Source: an uncultured Pelagibacteraceae bacterium
Lineage (GTDB): Bacteria; Pseudomonadota; Alphaproteobacteria; Pelagibacterales; AG-422-B15
Length of the DNA: 64,000 nucleotides
Direction: 5' to 3'
Assembly: GCA_902624455.1 (NCBI GenBank)
Contig: CACNXQ010000001.1
Coordinates: 333,828 to 397,827 of the forward strand
Positions 27,301 through 36,480 of this stretch are shown piece by piece. Every line of letters begins with the position of its first letter. Within the stretch, counting starts at the first letter, position 1. The notes beneath the pieces are model-generated. The model was not told where the DNA came from. It saw only the letters and a program-made list of their open reading frames with translations, and ran no database searches. The position numbers and the translations under genes were made by a program.

Positions 27301-28353
27301 TTATGGTGACAGCTTCTTTTCTATATGAAGTAGAAATAAATAAATAAATAATTGAGCAAACGAAATTATAAAAAATGTATTTAAGTATCCGATTACATCA
27401 CCATAATAATATATTAATACAGAAATAAACGAAAGATATAGAAGGATTAGTATTGATGTTAAAGAATTTGGATTTATGATTAAAAATCTATTTAAAAATT
27501 TATTTTCATTAATGTTATATTTTAGCAGCCGAAAAAGTACCGAATGTAAATGTTTGTCATCTGGCTTTAGTGGATTTTTTTTGTTAATCAAGAGTCGTCT
27601 CCAAAAAGATATAAATAGATCATTTACAGGATAACTAATCAAACAAGCTATTAATGTAGCGTAAATTAATTCGTTATTAGCAATATATATACTTAATGAG
27701 CCAATCAAAAATCCTAAAAAATATGCTCCACAATCACCTGACAAGATCTTTCCTGTAGTAATATTGACTAAAAATAATACAAATATACTTAAAAATAAAA
27801 TTTCTATTAAGTATAATATTTCAGAATTTGTATTTTCTGCATAAATATAAAAATTTATAAGAATTATAATTGTTACGCCACTCATAAGTCCATTGTTTCC
27901 ATCAATAAAATTGAAACCATTAATACAAAACAAAAGACCAATTATTGTAAATATATAGGGTATAATTTGGTATGAATTGAATATAGTATTTAGGACATTG
28001 TGATCTAAATTATCTAATACAAAATTATTTCTAAATAAAAAAATTAAAATAATTAGTGTCATAAGAATAAATCTTATTTTACCACTGAATTTTTCATTTA
28101 AATCAGCAATAAATCCAATCATCATAAATAATAGGCTAAAAATTATAATTTCAAATATTAATGGATCGCTTACAAAAAATACGGTCGTATAAAATGAAAG
28201 CATTGAGGCGCCTCCTATTTTTATTACAGTTCTATTATGTATTTTCCTTATATTTTCTGACGGCTCATCCAAAAATAATTTTGTCTTATGACTAAGAGAA
28301 AAAATAATTAAAAGAATAAGTATTGAAATAAATAATGTTATTATAATATGCAT
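27301..28353 (-). CDS. WecA/WbpL/MraY-family polyprenyl-phosphate hexosamine-1-phosphate transferase (initiating GT)
   Basis: Polytopic, 350 aa. LFLDEPSENIRKIHNRTVIKIGG and NGFNFIDGNNGLMSG match GT4 (MraY-like) family motifs. Confidence 0.8.
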   Translation of the reverse strand: MHIIITLFISILILLIIFSLSHKTKLFLDEPSENIRKIHNRTVIKIGGASMLSFYTTVFFVSDPLIFEIIIFSLLFMMIGFIADLNEKFSGKIRFILMTLIILIFLFRNNFVLDNLDHNVLNTIFNSYQIIPYIFTIIGLLFCINGFNFIDGNNGLMSGVTIIILINFYIYAENTNSEILYLIEILFLSIFVLFLVNITTGKILSGDCGAYFLGFLIGSLSIYIANNELIYATLIACLISYPVNDLFISFWRRLLINKKNPLKPDDKHLHSVLFRLLKYNINENKFLNRFLIINPNSLTSILILLYLSFISVLIYYYGDVIGYLNTFFIISFAQLFIYLFLLHIEKKLSP

Positions 28354-28370
28354 ATATTAACTTTCATGTA

Positions 28371-29627
28371 ATGATTCAAAATTCTAAAATTATTAAATTC
28401 TCAAGTATTTTATTTTACTTAATTCCTCTTGCCCTCTTAACTGGTCCATTAATTCCAGATTTGATTGTATCAATAATTTCCATAATATTCCTATATTATT
28501 CCTACACAAAAAAATTGAAAAAATATTTTACAAATAAATTTTTTATTTTTTTTATGATCTTCTATATATATTTAATAATAAATTCACTTTTATCTGAGTA
28601 TACTTTATTTTCTCTCGAAAGTAGTATTTTTTACTTTAGATTTGGTATTTTTTCATTGGCTACTTGGTTCCTGATTGACCACAATGATGATTTTTTTTCT
28701 TATTTTAAGATTATATTTCTTATTACTTTTTTGTATGCGATTTTTGATGGTTACATCCAACATCTTTATGGGGTAAATTTCCTTGGTTTTGGAATAAAAG
28801 ATATATCAAGATTAAGCTTACCATTTAATGATAAATTAATACTTGGTGGTTATCTTGCTAGACTTTTCGTAATTCTCATTGCTTTACTATTGTTGGGCAA
28901 ACAGAATATTTATAAATATTTATTTTTTGCGATTATTTTGGTGCTAACAGATGTCTTAATTTACGTTTCTGGTGAAAGAACTGCATTAGGCTTAATGTTT
29001 TTATCAACTATTTTAATTATTTCTTTCCTTAACAGCTATCGATCTTTAAGAGTAATTACCTTTTTATTGTCAATTTGTACGATAATTTTTTTAACCATTT
29101 CAAATGAACAATTAAAAGAAAGAAATATCAGTCAAACCCTGAATCAGCTTGGTTTTAGCTCACAAAGTGACAAAATCAATATTTACTCACCAATTCATGA
29201 AAGCCATATCATATCAGCTTACAAAATGTTTAAAGACAGTCCTTTGATAGGTAAAGGAGTGAACACGTTCAGAAAATATTGTAACGAACCTGAATACAAC
29301 ATCGATATTCATTCTTGTTCTACTCATCCGCATAATTCATCAATACAAATTATGGCAGAGACAGGTATTGTAGGATTTTTAGTAATTCTGAGCATTAATA
29401 TGTATATTTTTTCCCTTCTAATAAAAAATTTGTACTTAGAAATTAAAGGGAAAAAAAGGATACTTAGCAATTATCAAATATTGCTGCTAATATCAATTTT
29501 ATTAACTGTTTGGCCATTTTTTCCAACTCAAAATGTTTTTAATAATTGGATAAACATTATTTATTATTTCCCAGTTGGATTATACTTACATTCAATTTAT
29601 TCTAATAAACCATATGTGGATAGTTAA
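28371..29627 (+). CDS. O-antigen ligase / Wzy_C-domain membrane protein (WaaL, Wzy or PglL-type O-oligosaccharyltransferase)
   Basis: About 10-12 TM helices, SGERTALG, and a periplasmic-loop His motif STHPHNSSIQIMAETGIVG typical of Wzy_C. Confidence 0.7.
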   Translation: MIQNSKIIKFSSILFYLIPLALLTGPLIPDLIVSIISIIFLYYSYTKKLKKYFTNKFFIFFMIFYIYLIINSLLSEYTLFSLESSIFYFRFGIFSLATWFLIDHNDDFFSYFKIIFLITFLYAIFDGYIQHLYGVNFLGFGIKDISRLSLPFNDKLILGGYLARLFVILIALLLLGKQNIYKYLFFAIILVLTDVLIYVSGERTALGLMFLSTILIISFLNSYRSLRVITFLLSICTIIFLTISNEQLKERNISQTLNQLGFSSQSDKINIYSPIHESHIISAYKMFKDSPLIGKGVNTFRKYCNEPEYNIDIHSCSTHPHNSSIQIMAETGIVGFLVILSINMYIFSLLIKNLYLEIKGKKRILSNYQILLLISILLTVWPFFPTQNVFNNWINIIYYFPVGLYLHSIYSNKPYVDS

Positions 29628-30108
29628 AAAATCTAAAGTTCATGGGCATGGAGTTTTTGCTAATTCAAAAATCTCGAAATCAGAAAAGATAATTGAATAT
29701 ATCGGTGAAAAGATTTCAAAAAAAGAAGGTGATAAAAGATCTAACGCGAGATTAACAAAATATCTAGGTTCAAAAAAAACAGGTTCAGTCTATATTTTTG
29801 AATTAGATAAGAAATATGATATTGATGGATCACCATTATATAATAAGGCAAGATACATTAATCACTCATGTGATCCAAATTGTGAGGTAGAAATTTCAAA
29901 TGGGAGAATTTGGATCTCATCAATAAAAAATATTAAAAAGGGTGAGGAGCTTACCTATGATTATGGTTATGAGTTTGACTCGGATGACTATAAGGACCAC
30001 GTATGTAAATGTGGATCAAAAAAGTGTATAGGTTATATTATTTCATCAGATGATTGGCCTAAATTTGGAAAATTTATCAATAGACTTATTAAAAAACGCA
30101 ATAAATAA
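29614..30108 (+). CDS. SET-domain protein-lysine methyltransferase with Cys-rich post-SET
   Basis: SKVHGHGVFA, RYINHSCDPNC, GEELTYDYGY, and post-SET CKCGSKKCIG. Start set at ATG 29614 (14-nt overlap with the upstream gene). The ORF-track start 29575 would add a hydrophobic non-SET extension. Confidence 0.8.
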   Translation: MWIVKKSKVHGHGVFANSKISKSEKIIEYIGEKISKKEGDKRSNARLTKYLGSKKTGSVYIFELDKKYDIDGSPLYNKARYINHSCDPNCEVEISNGRIWISSIKNIKKGEELTYDYGYEFDSDDYKDHVCKCGSKKCIGYIISSDDWPKFGKFINRLIKKRNK

Positions 30109-31112
30109 TGATACTTGTTACAGGTGGATGTGGTTATATAGGCTCTCACTGTGCTGTTGAACTATTGAAAAACAATAAAGATATATTAATAATCGATGAT
30201 CTATCAAATAGCGATTACCAATCTATTAGAAATATAAAATTAATATCAAATAAAAACGTTGAATTTATTCATGGAGATATAACCGATATAGACGTATTAA
30301 ATGATTGCTTCAGTCAAAATAATATCGAGTCAGTTTTTCATTTTGCAGGTAAAAAATCAATTTCAGAAAGCTATAAAGATCCACTAAGTTATTTTTCTAC
30401 AAACGTGAAAGGTACAATTAACTTGATCGAGTCAATGCAAAAATATGATGTAAATAATATAATTTTTTCATCATCTGCTACAGTATATGGAAGTGACTAT
30501 CCTCTGCCTTGGAAAGAAGATCTTATACTAAATATGCCACACAATCCCTACGCTAAATCAAAATTAATGTCAGAAAATATTTTAAAAAGCTATTTGAGCA
30601 CTAATCAAAATTTCAGTATTGGCATATTAAGATATTTTAATCCTATAGGTTTTCATTCCTCTGGTCTTCTTGAGGATAAAGTTCTTGGCTCTTCAAATTT
30701 AGTGCCTTCAATAATTTCTTATTTATTGAAAAATATTCAATTCTTACCTGTTTACGGTGATAATTATGATACTAAAGATGGTTCTGGAGTTAGAGATTAC
30801 ATTCACATAATAGATTTAATTGAAGGACATCTGAAAGCTTATGAATATACTAAAAAAAATAAAGGTTGCTTTGTATGGAATCTAGGATCTGGTGAAGGAT
30901 TTAGTGTATTCGAGATAATTAAAAAATTTGAAGAACTTCTAGACATGAAGTTTGACTTAAGAGTCTTACCAAGAAGAGAAGGAGATTTAGCTGAATACTG
31001 GGCTGATATAAGTAAGGCAAATAGAGAATTAAATTGGTATCCTGAAAAAGATATAAATAATATGGTAAAAAACATTCTTGCCTTCTTCGAAATTAAAAAA
31101 GAAAACAACTAG
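30108..31112 (+). CDS. galE: UDP-glucose 4-epimerase
   Basis: ILVTGGCGYIGSH, SSSATVYG, YAKSKLMSE (YxxxK), LRYFNPIG, DGSGVRDYIHIIDL. Confidence 0.85.
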   Translation: MILVTGGCGYIGSHCAVELLKNNKDILIIDDLSNSDYQSIRNIKLISNKNVEFIHGDITDIDVLNDCFSQNNIESVFHFAGKKSISESYKDPLSYFSTNVKGTINLIESMQKYDVNNIIFSSSATVYGSDYPLPWKEDLILNMPHNPYAKSKLMSENILKSYLSTNQNFSIGILRYFNPIGFHSSGLLEDKVLGSSNLVPSIISYLLKNIQFLPVYGDNYDTKDGSGVRDYIHIIDLIEGHLKAYEYTKKNKGCFVWNLGSGEGFSVFEIIKKFEELLDMKFDLRVLPRREGDLAEYWADISKANRELNWYPEKDINNMVKNILAFFEIKKENN

Positions 31113-31113
31113 C

Positions 31114-32049
31114 TTAATGATATTTTCCTATTTTTATAAACGGATTTGAGAGATTGTTTTGTTGAGCCGTATTTATTTGTTTCTGCCTGACAAGTGAATT
31201 TTCAATTTTTTCCTTACTTTTTTTATCGTAGCAAAAAGGACAGTATGCACCTTTCAAATAATTTGTTGACAACATATCTTTCTCAGTGATCGGGCTTCTA
31301 CAACCATAGCATTGATAGTAGTTGCCTTTATTTAATTCATTATTAATTGCTACTCGATCATCGAATACAAAACATTCTCCATTCCAAAGAGAGTTTTCAT
31401 CTTTCCCCTTTTTATGTTGAAGATAATTAATTATTCCTCCTTTAAGCTGCACAATATTTCTGTAACCTTTCATGCTAAGAAACGCAGAAGCTTTTTCGCA
31501 CCTAATTCCACCTGTGCAATACATTGCAATTTTTTCATTTTTATTTAATTGTAATTTAGTAAATTTTTCTAAAAATTCTCTAAAACTTTTTGTAAATAAA
31601 TCGATACTATTTTCAAAATTCCCTATCTTTGTCTCAAATATATTCCTCACATCCAATATTTTGGCGTTTTTATCTTTTAAGATGCTATCCCATTCGGAGG
31701 GCTCGATAAATTTTCCTGTAAATCGATCAATATCAATTGCTCCTAATCCAAGAGATACAATTTCATTTTTTAGCCTTACTTTCATTCTATTAAATGGAAG
31801 AAAATTTGTTTGATTTTTTTTTATATCCAATTGATTTACATTAATAAGTTCTTCTATATATCTAACAATGATATCTAAATCTTTTAATGAACCAGAAATT
31901 GATGCATTTATTCCTTCATCTGCCAATAAGATTGTCCCTCTTACTATTTTGTCAGATAAAAAAGACTCAATCTTAGTTTTAATAATCGACTTATTTCGAA
32001 CTTTTACAAATTTATAAAAACTGAAAATATAAAATTGATTATTATTCAT
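31114..32049 (-). CDS. trhO: Rhodanese-domain tRNA U34 hydroxylase TrhO (YceA/UPF0176)
   Basis: FYKF start region, rhodanese active-site loop YCTGGIRCEKA, C-terminal Cys cluster CYGCRSP...CPFC. Confidence 0.8.
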   Translation of the reverse strand: MNNNQFYIFSFYKFVKVRNKSIIKTKIESFLSDKIVRGTILLADEGINASISGSLKDLDIIVRYIEELINVNQLDIKKNQTNFLPFNRMKVRLKNEIVSLGLGAIDIDRFTGKFIEPSEWDSILKDKNAKILDVRNIFETKIGNFENSIDLFTKSFREFLEKFTKLQLNKNEKIAMYCTGGIRCEKASAFLSMKGYRNIVQLKGGIINYLQHKKGKDENSLWNGECFVFDDRVAINNELNKGNYYQCYGCRSPITEKDMLSTNYLKGAYCPFCYDKKSKEKIENSLVRQKQINTAQQNNLSNPFIKIGKYH

Positions 32050-32863
32050 ACTTTATATTATACGTTAAATCCTTTAACTTATTTATTAATATAGTTCTGT
32101 CTTTTATATGAGCTATAGATGTATATTCTACAATGCCCCCAACATAAATTATAATTTCCTTTCCTATCTTTTTTCGTGTCTCATGAATATAAGAAGAGTA
32201 CTTTAAAGTACTGCTTTTTATTTTTGATGCAAATAAGTGAAATAAAAAACCATTTTTTCCATCGAAGTAAATAGGAAGAATATTTGATTTGGTTTGGTGT
32301 GCTAATTTTGCAGGGAAAGTTTTCCATTCATCATCCCTTGCTTCAGACTTTAAATTCTTTGCTGTCGAGACACTTCCTGAAGGAAAAATAATTAAAACAC
32401 CTTTCTTTTCCAAGTGCTGTTTTGCTTTTATGCCAGTCTCCAAATTTTTTTTAATAGATCCTTTATCAGATGCACTAAAATCAACTGGAAGTATGTATTT
32501 CTCTAATTGCGGTAGAAATTTAAGTGTTTCGTGTGTCATAATTTTAAAATCACCTCTTACTTGTGAAACTAAAGAGCATAGTATTAAGCCATCAATAATT
32601 CCAAATGGATGATTAGCAATGACAATTAAAGATCCATCGTTAGGTATTATTAATTTATTTTTTGATTTGTTTGTTACTTTAATCTCCATTATCTCTAAAA
32701 CATCTGACCAAAATGTTCTTGGGTCATTTTCTTTTGTTGAATATTGATTATATAGCATTTCAAGCTTTTTTTTGCCTGTAACACGCTCAATGGTTCTAAT
32801 AATTAATCTTTGTGCAAGATTATGTTCGACCTTTGATGCATAAGAAAAATTTAGTTTATTCAT
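32042..32863 (-). CDS. Lysophospholipid/glycerolipid acyltransferase-family protein (PlsC-like)
   Basis: HX4D motif NHPFGIIDG and FPSGSVS block. Confidence 0.65.
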   Translation of the reverse strand: MNKLNFSYASKVEHNLAQRLIIRTIERVTGKKKLEMLYNQYSTKENDPRTFWSDVLEIMEIKVTNKSKNKLIIPNDGSLIVIANHPFGIIDGLILCSLVSQVRGDFKIMTHETLKFLPQLEKYILPVDFSASDKGSIKKNLETGIKAKQHLEKKGVLIIFPSGSVSTAKNLKSEARDDEWKTFPAKLAHQTKSNILPIYFDGKNGFLFHLFASKIKSSTLKYSSYIHETRKKIGKEIIIYVGGIVEYTSIAHIKDRTILINKLKDLTYNIKYE

Positions 32864-33484
32864 CTAATATTCTACCGGTATAGGATCTAAGCTCCTCCAA
32901 AAATACCATGTTGCAACAGATCTCCATGGCCTCCATTTTTTTGATAATTTTATAGCATGCTCTTTTGAAATTGGGTAATCAAGATTGTAACAATTACATA
33001 TTCCTTTAATCAGTCCCAAATCATCAGAAGGAAATACATCTGGACGGCATAAGTTAAAAATTAGATACATTTCTGCTGTCCAAACTCCGATTCCTTTTAT
33101 TGTAATGAGTTCTTCAATAACTTTTTCATCAGATAATAAATACCATTGTTTTGGATTTACCTCTTTATTAATGAATGCAGTCGATAAGGACTTTAAATAC
33201 GATATTTTTTGTCTTGATAGCCCACAAGATTTTAGAGATTGAAAGTGCAAAGAATTTATGTTTTTCGGATTTATTTTTTTTACTTTAAATTCTAAACGAT
33301 CCCAAACTGCTTGAGCAGCTTTCACAGAAATCTGTTGTCCAACTATTGACCGGGATAGAGTATAGAAAGGGTCAGATCTCGAAAAAAGAAAATCTTTAGG
33401 ATAACTAATAATAATATTTCCAAGCTTTTTATCCTTTGTAATTAGTTCTTTTTTCGCTAAATCCCAAAATTTTGGCTTTTTCAT
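32864..33484 (-). CDS. HhH-GPD DNA glycosylase (AlkA-like 3-methyladenine DNA glycosylase II)
   Basis: IKGIGVWTAEMYLIF (HhH), PSDDLGL, WRPWRSVATWYFW. Confidence 0.75.
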   Translation of the reverse strand: MKKPKFWDLAKKELITKDKKLGNIIISYPKDFLFSRSDPFYTLSRSIVGQQISVKAAQAVWDRLEFKVKKINPKNINSLHFQSLKSCGLSRQKISYLKSLSTAFINKEVNPKQWYLLSDEKVIEELITIKGIGVWTAEMYLIFNLCRPDVFPSDDLGLIKGICNCYNLDYPISKEHAIKLSKKWRPWRSVATWYFWRSLDPIPVEY

Positions 33485-33559
33485 TTTTGTAAATTTTTTA
33501 TTGTCATATAGTCTATAAAATGTTTTATTTCCATTCTTAATTCAATATGGAGATAAATT

Positions 33560-33874
33560 ATGGCTGATGTTGCCACTTTATTAGCAGAGTTCCAAAAAGG
33601 TATCGAAGGCAAAGATACAGGTCTTGGAGCGACTGTGAAATTTGACTTTGAAGGCGCTGGATGCATATTTCTAGACGGAAAATCAAATCCAAACACTGTG
33701 TCTGATGAAGACAAAGATGCTGATTGTACATTATCTATGTCACTTGAAACATTTGAGCAAATGAGGTCAGGTGAAGTTGATGGTACTTCAGCTTTTATGC
33801 AAGGTAAATTAAAGGTTTCAGGTGATATGTCTATTGCAATGAAATTGCAATCTGTCATGGACGCTTTAGCATAA
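33560..33874 (+). CDS. SCP2 sterol-carrier-like domain protein
   Basis: 104 aa. FMQGKLKVSGDMSIAMKL is the canonical SCP-2 C-terminal block. Confidence 0.8.
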   Translation: MADVATLLAEFQKGIEGKDTGLGATVKFDFEGAGCIFLDGKSNPNTVSDEDKDADCTLSMSLETFEQMRSGEVDGTSAFMQGKLKVSGDMSIAMKLQSVMDALA

Positions 33875-33901
33875 TAGATAAAAAATACTATTTTATAAAT
33901 T

Positions 33902-33931
33902 AAACCCAGTTAATTAATAACTGGGTTTTTT
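33902..33931 (+). terminator. Rho-independent terminator after the SCP2 gene, overlapping the stop of the convergent IMPase-family gene
   Basis: Perfect 9-bp stem ACCCAGTTA / TAACTGGGT (33904-33912 / 33918-33926) with a 5-nt loop, followed by TTTTTTATT. An A-run lies on the other side. Confidence 0.65.
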
Positions 33932-34722
33932 ATTAGTATACGTTTGGATAGTTTGTACAATTTTTCATTATTACAAGCAATAATTCTACCACCGTTATAA
34001 ATGCTTTTGTTTTCCCAAGTTTTTATAACTCCTCCAGAGTTTTTTATTATGGGTTCTAAAGCTCTTATGTCCCATGGTTTTAATCCACTCTCCACTACAA
34101 TATCAATGTGCCCATCTGCAAGTAAACAGTAACTATAACAGTCACCACCCAGCCTTGTGCTCTTAACTTTTTTACTTAACTTTTCAAAAGAGGATTGATC
34201 TGATTTACTAGCGAACACATAGGGTGACGTAGTGTTAAGAATTGTATCTTTCATATTATTTATTTTTCTAACTTTGAGCTTAGATTTTTTGCCTTTTATT
34301 ATTTTGTAAGCAACTTTTGAGTAACCAATATATCTTTCATTTAATGCAGGTATATCAGCTACACCAAGAATAATTTTTCTATTTTTTGCGAGAGAAATAA
34401 GAGTTCCCCATAAAGGAACACCTTGGATAAAAGATTTTGTTCCATCTATTGGATCAATACACCATTCAAATGAGCTTTCTTTTATATTACTCTCTTCTTC
34501 CCCTAAAACTGAGTGTTTTGGATAATATTTTGAGATTAGGTTATTAATTTTTTTTTGAATTTTTATGTCAGCAATGGTAACGGGATCAAACTCTTTGTCT
34601 AACTTTGATACAACTTTAATCTTTTTCTTATAATACTTTAGAGAAATTTTCCTTGCCTCATCTGCGAGAAGATTAGAAAAATTAACCAGTCTATTAATAT
34701 TTTCAGACATATTATGTATCAA
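33910..34722 (-). CDS. Inositol monophosphatase-family protein (possibly histidinol-phosphatase HisN)
   Basis: LGEE, WCIDPIDGTKSF, GGDCYSY. The HisN assignment is inference from alphaproteobacterial usage. Confidence 0.7.
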   Translation of the reverse strand: MIHNMSENINRLVNFSNLLADEARKISLKYYKKKIKVVSKLDKEFDPVTIADIKIQKKINNLISKYYPKHSVLGEEESNIKESSFEWCIDPIDGTKSFIQGVPLWGTLISLAKNRKIILGVADIPALNERYIGYSKVAYKIIKGKKSKLKVRKINNMKDTILNTTSPYVFASKSDQSSFEKLSKKVKSTRLGGDCYSYCLLADGHIDIVVESGLKPWDIRALEPIIKNSGGVIKTWENKSIYNGGRIIACNNEKLYKLSKRILIKNPVIN

Positions 34723-34761
34723 AAGAATTCAATTAACTAGTATTTGTTGTATCATATTTGA

Positions 34762-36039
34762 ATGATTTACAAAATTATCATTTTTTTAACTAATATATTC
34801 CTCGCAAATTTAGTTTATGCTGAAAACTATATTGAAAACTATGAAATTAAAGATAGACAACCTATCAATGAACCAATAGGGAGCTATGATCCAGAAATTA
34901 ATTCTTATCCTGATCCGTATCCAGATGACAAAATCCTTCTTGTCATAGATAAAGATAATTTTAATCAATTCGCAGAAACTATTTTGACACCTGGTCAGTT
35001 GGAAATGTTCAAATTATACCCTGAAACATTTAAAATGAATGTATACGAGTCAAGACGTAGTTGCTCAGTTCCACCTGAGGTATACCAGTTAACAAAAGAA
35101 AACGCACTTCTTATAGACGAAGGTGAAGGAGTCAAGGGAGTTGTTGGAAGTATTCCATTTCCCAATCCTTCCGAAGCACTTCATCATGTGTGGAACCATA
35201 TTTTAAGATATAGAGGGGTAGAAATTTTTGGTTCATCGCCATTTTATATTATTAATCCAGATGGATCTCGAACTTATGGAGCTGGTGAAGCAATAGCTAA
35301 GAATTTTTGGAATCCATTTACAAAAAATGATAAAGGTCTTCAAGGAATGATTATGATTAAAGTTACTCATCCTCCAAGACTGGCAGATGCTTCTGCATTA
35401 ATAATCGAGTCTTTGAATGCTTTCGAAACTCCTCGAAGATCTTGGGTTTATAATCCAGGTACCAGGCGTGTTCGAAGAGCACCTGATATCGCATATGATT
35501 ATAAACCAAGTGCAAGCCAAGGCATAACTACAGCTGATCAGTCTGGAGGCTTTAATGGTGCAAAAGATAGGTACGATTGGAAAAGTTTAGGTGTTCAAAA
35601 AAGGTTGATGCCATACAATGCATATAAATTTCATGAAACACCAATTGAAGATATACTCCAGCCATATCATGTGAATCAAGATTTTCTTAGATATGAGCTA
35701 GTTAATGTTAACGTTGTTCAAGCAGATCTTAAAAGTGGCAAAAGACATATAATACCTCATAGAACAATGTATTTTGATTTAGACAGTCATAATATGTTAT
35801 CTGAAGAAACATATGATGGTGAAAAGGTATTGCAAACTTATAGAGAATTTCCTCTAATAAATTTTTATGATCAACCTATGTGTTTGTCAATTCATGAAGC
35901 AACATACGATTTAACAACAAAACGCTATGAGCTATCAAGTGTAAGATCTATTGATATACCAAAAATTCAATGGAGATTGGAAGTACCACATGAAGAAAGA
36001 ATGTTTACACCTGAGGGTCTCAAGAGGTTTGCCCGATAA
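34762..36039 (+). CDS. DUF1329-family periplasmic/outer-membrane-associated protein
   Basis: Signal-like N-terminus. YPETFKMNVYESRRS and GSIPFPNPSEALHHVWNHILRYRG match DUF1329 blocks as recalled. Confidence 0.65.
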   Translation: MIYKIIIFLTNIFLANLVYAENYIENYEIKDRQPINEPIGSYDPEINSYPDPYPDDKILLVIDKDNFNQFAETILTPGQLEMFKLYPETFKMNVYESRRSCSVPPEVYQLTKENALLIDEGEGVKGVVGSIPFPNPSEALHHVWNHILRYRGVEIFGSSPFYIINPDGSRTYGAGEAIAKNFWNPFTKNDKGLQGMIMIKVTHPPRLADASALIIESLNAFETPRRSWVYNPGTRRVRRAPDIAYDYKPSASQGITTADQSGGFNGAKDRYDWKSLGVQKRLMPYNAYKFHETPIEDILQPYHVNQDFLRYELVNVNVVQADLKSGKRHIIPHRTMYFDLDSHNMLSEETYDGEKVLQTYREFPLINFYDQPMCLSIHEATYDLTTKRYELSSVRSIDIPKIQWRLEVPHEERMFTPEGLKRFAR

Positions 36040-36083
36040 TTCTGGATACAATTTATGATTTAATGTATATCTTTTCACCTCAA

Positions 36084-36158
36084 GGGCACGTAGCTCAGTG
36101 GTAGAGCATCACGTTGACATCGTGGGGGTTGTTGGTTCGATCCCAACCGTGCCCACCA
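36084..36158 (+). tRNA. tRNA-Val (anticodon GAC), CCA encoded
   Basis: Hand-folded cloverleaf: acceptor GGGCACG/CGTGCCC, D-arm GCTC/GAGC, anticodon stem TCACG/CGTGG with loop TTGACAT, T-arm GTTGG-TTCGATC-CCAAC, discriminator A plus CCA. Confidence 0.9.
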
Positions 36159-36213
36159 TATCATTAGATTAAGTGTTGTTTTTTTGAAACAATAATATAA
36201 AAACTCCCTATAT

Positions 36214-36351
36214 ATGAAAAAAATTGATAAAATTAGAGAAGCTAGATTAAATAAGAAAAGATCTAGAAAAAACAATTTGAGAAAAGTTAAAGTTAAAATC
36301 AAAAAGCTTGAAGAAGCTGAAAACAAGTTAGTTGAAAAAAATGAAAGTTAG
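36214..36351 (+). CDS. Possible 45-aa highly basic small protein (unassigned)
   Basis: ATG 36214 to TAG 36349-36351: [45 protein letters not shown]. Overlaps the rpmJ start by 11 nt. No SD and no recognised family. Confidence 0.3.
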   Translation: MKKIDKIREARLNKKRSRKNNLRKVKVKIKKLEEAENKLVEKNES

Positions 36352-36466
36352 AAGTTCACTTAAAAATCTCAAAACTCGAGATAGAAATAATAAGCTTATT
36401 AAGCGCAAGGGAAGGCTTTACGTTATTAACAAAAGAAATCCTCGCATGAAAGCCAGACAGGGCTAA
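36341..36466 (+). CDS. rpmJ: 50S ribosomal protein L36
   Basis: [41 protein letters not shown] matches alphaproteobacterial L36 (MK..SLK.LK.R...N.L..RKGR.Y.INK.NPR.KARQG). Below the ORF-track size cut-off. Confidence 0.9.
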   Translation: MKVRSSLKNLKTRDRNNKLIKRKGRLYVINKRNPRMKARQG

Positions 36467-36480
36467 TCATCTTTTGCTGA

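Noticed and set aside
33481-33858. 125-aa minus-strand ORF
   Set aside because: It is entirely antisense to the well-supported SCP2 gene (33560-33874) and has Ser/Pro-rich, low-information composition. It is a shadow ORF.
36084-36158. tRNA-Val as the integration site (attB) of the glycan island
   Set aside because: About 5 kb of ordinary housekeeping-type genes separate it from the island edge at 31112. No integrase is present, and I saw no direct repeat of the tRNA 3' end elsewhere in the window.
36075-36326. 83-aa minus-strand ORF
   Set aside because: It runs antisense through tRNA-Val and the rpmJ leader, and its C-terminus (WWARLGSNQQPPRCQRDALPLSY) is simply the translated tRNA complement.
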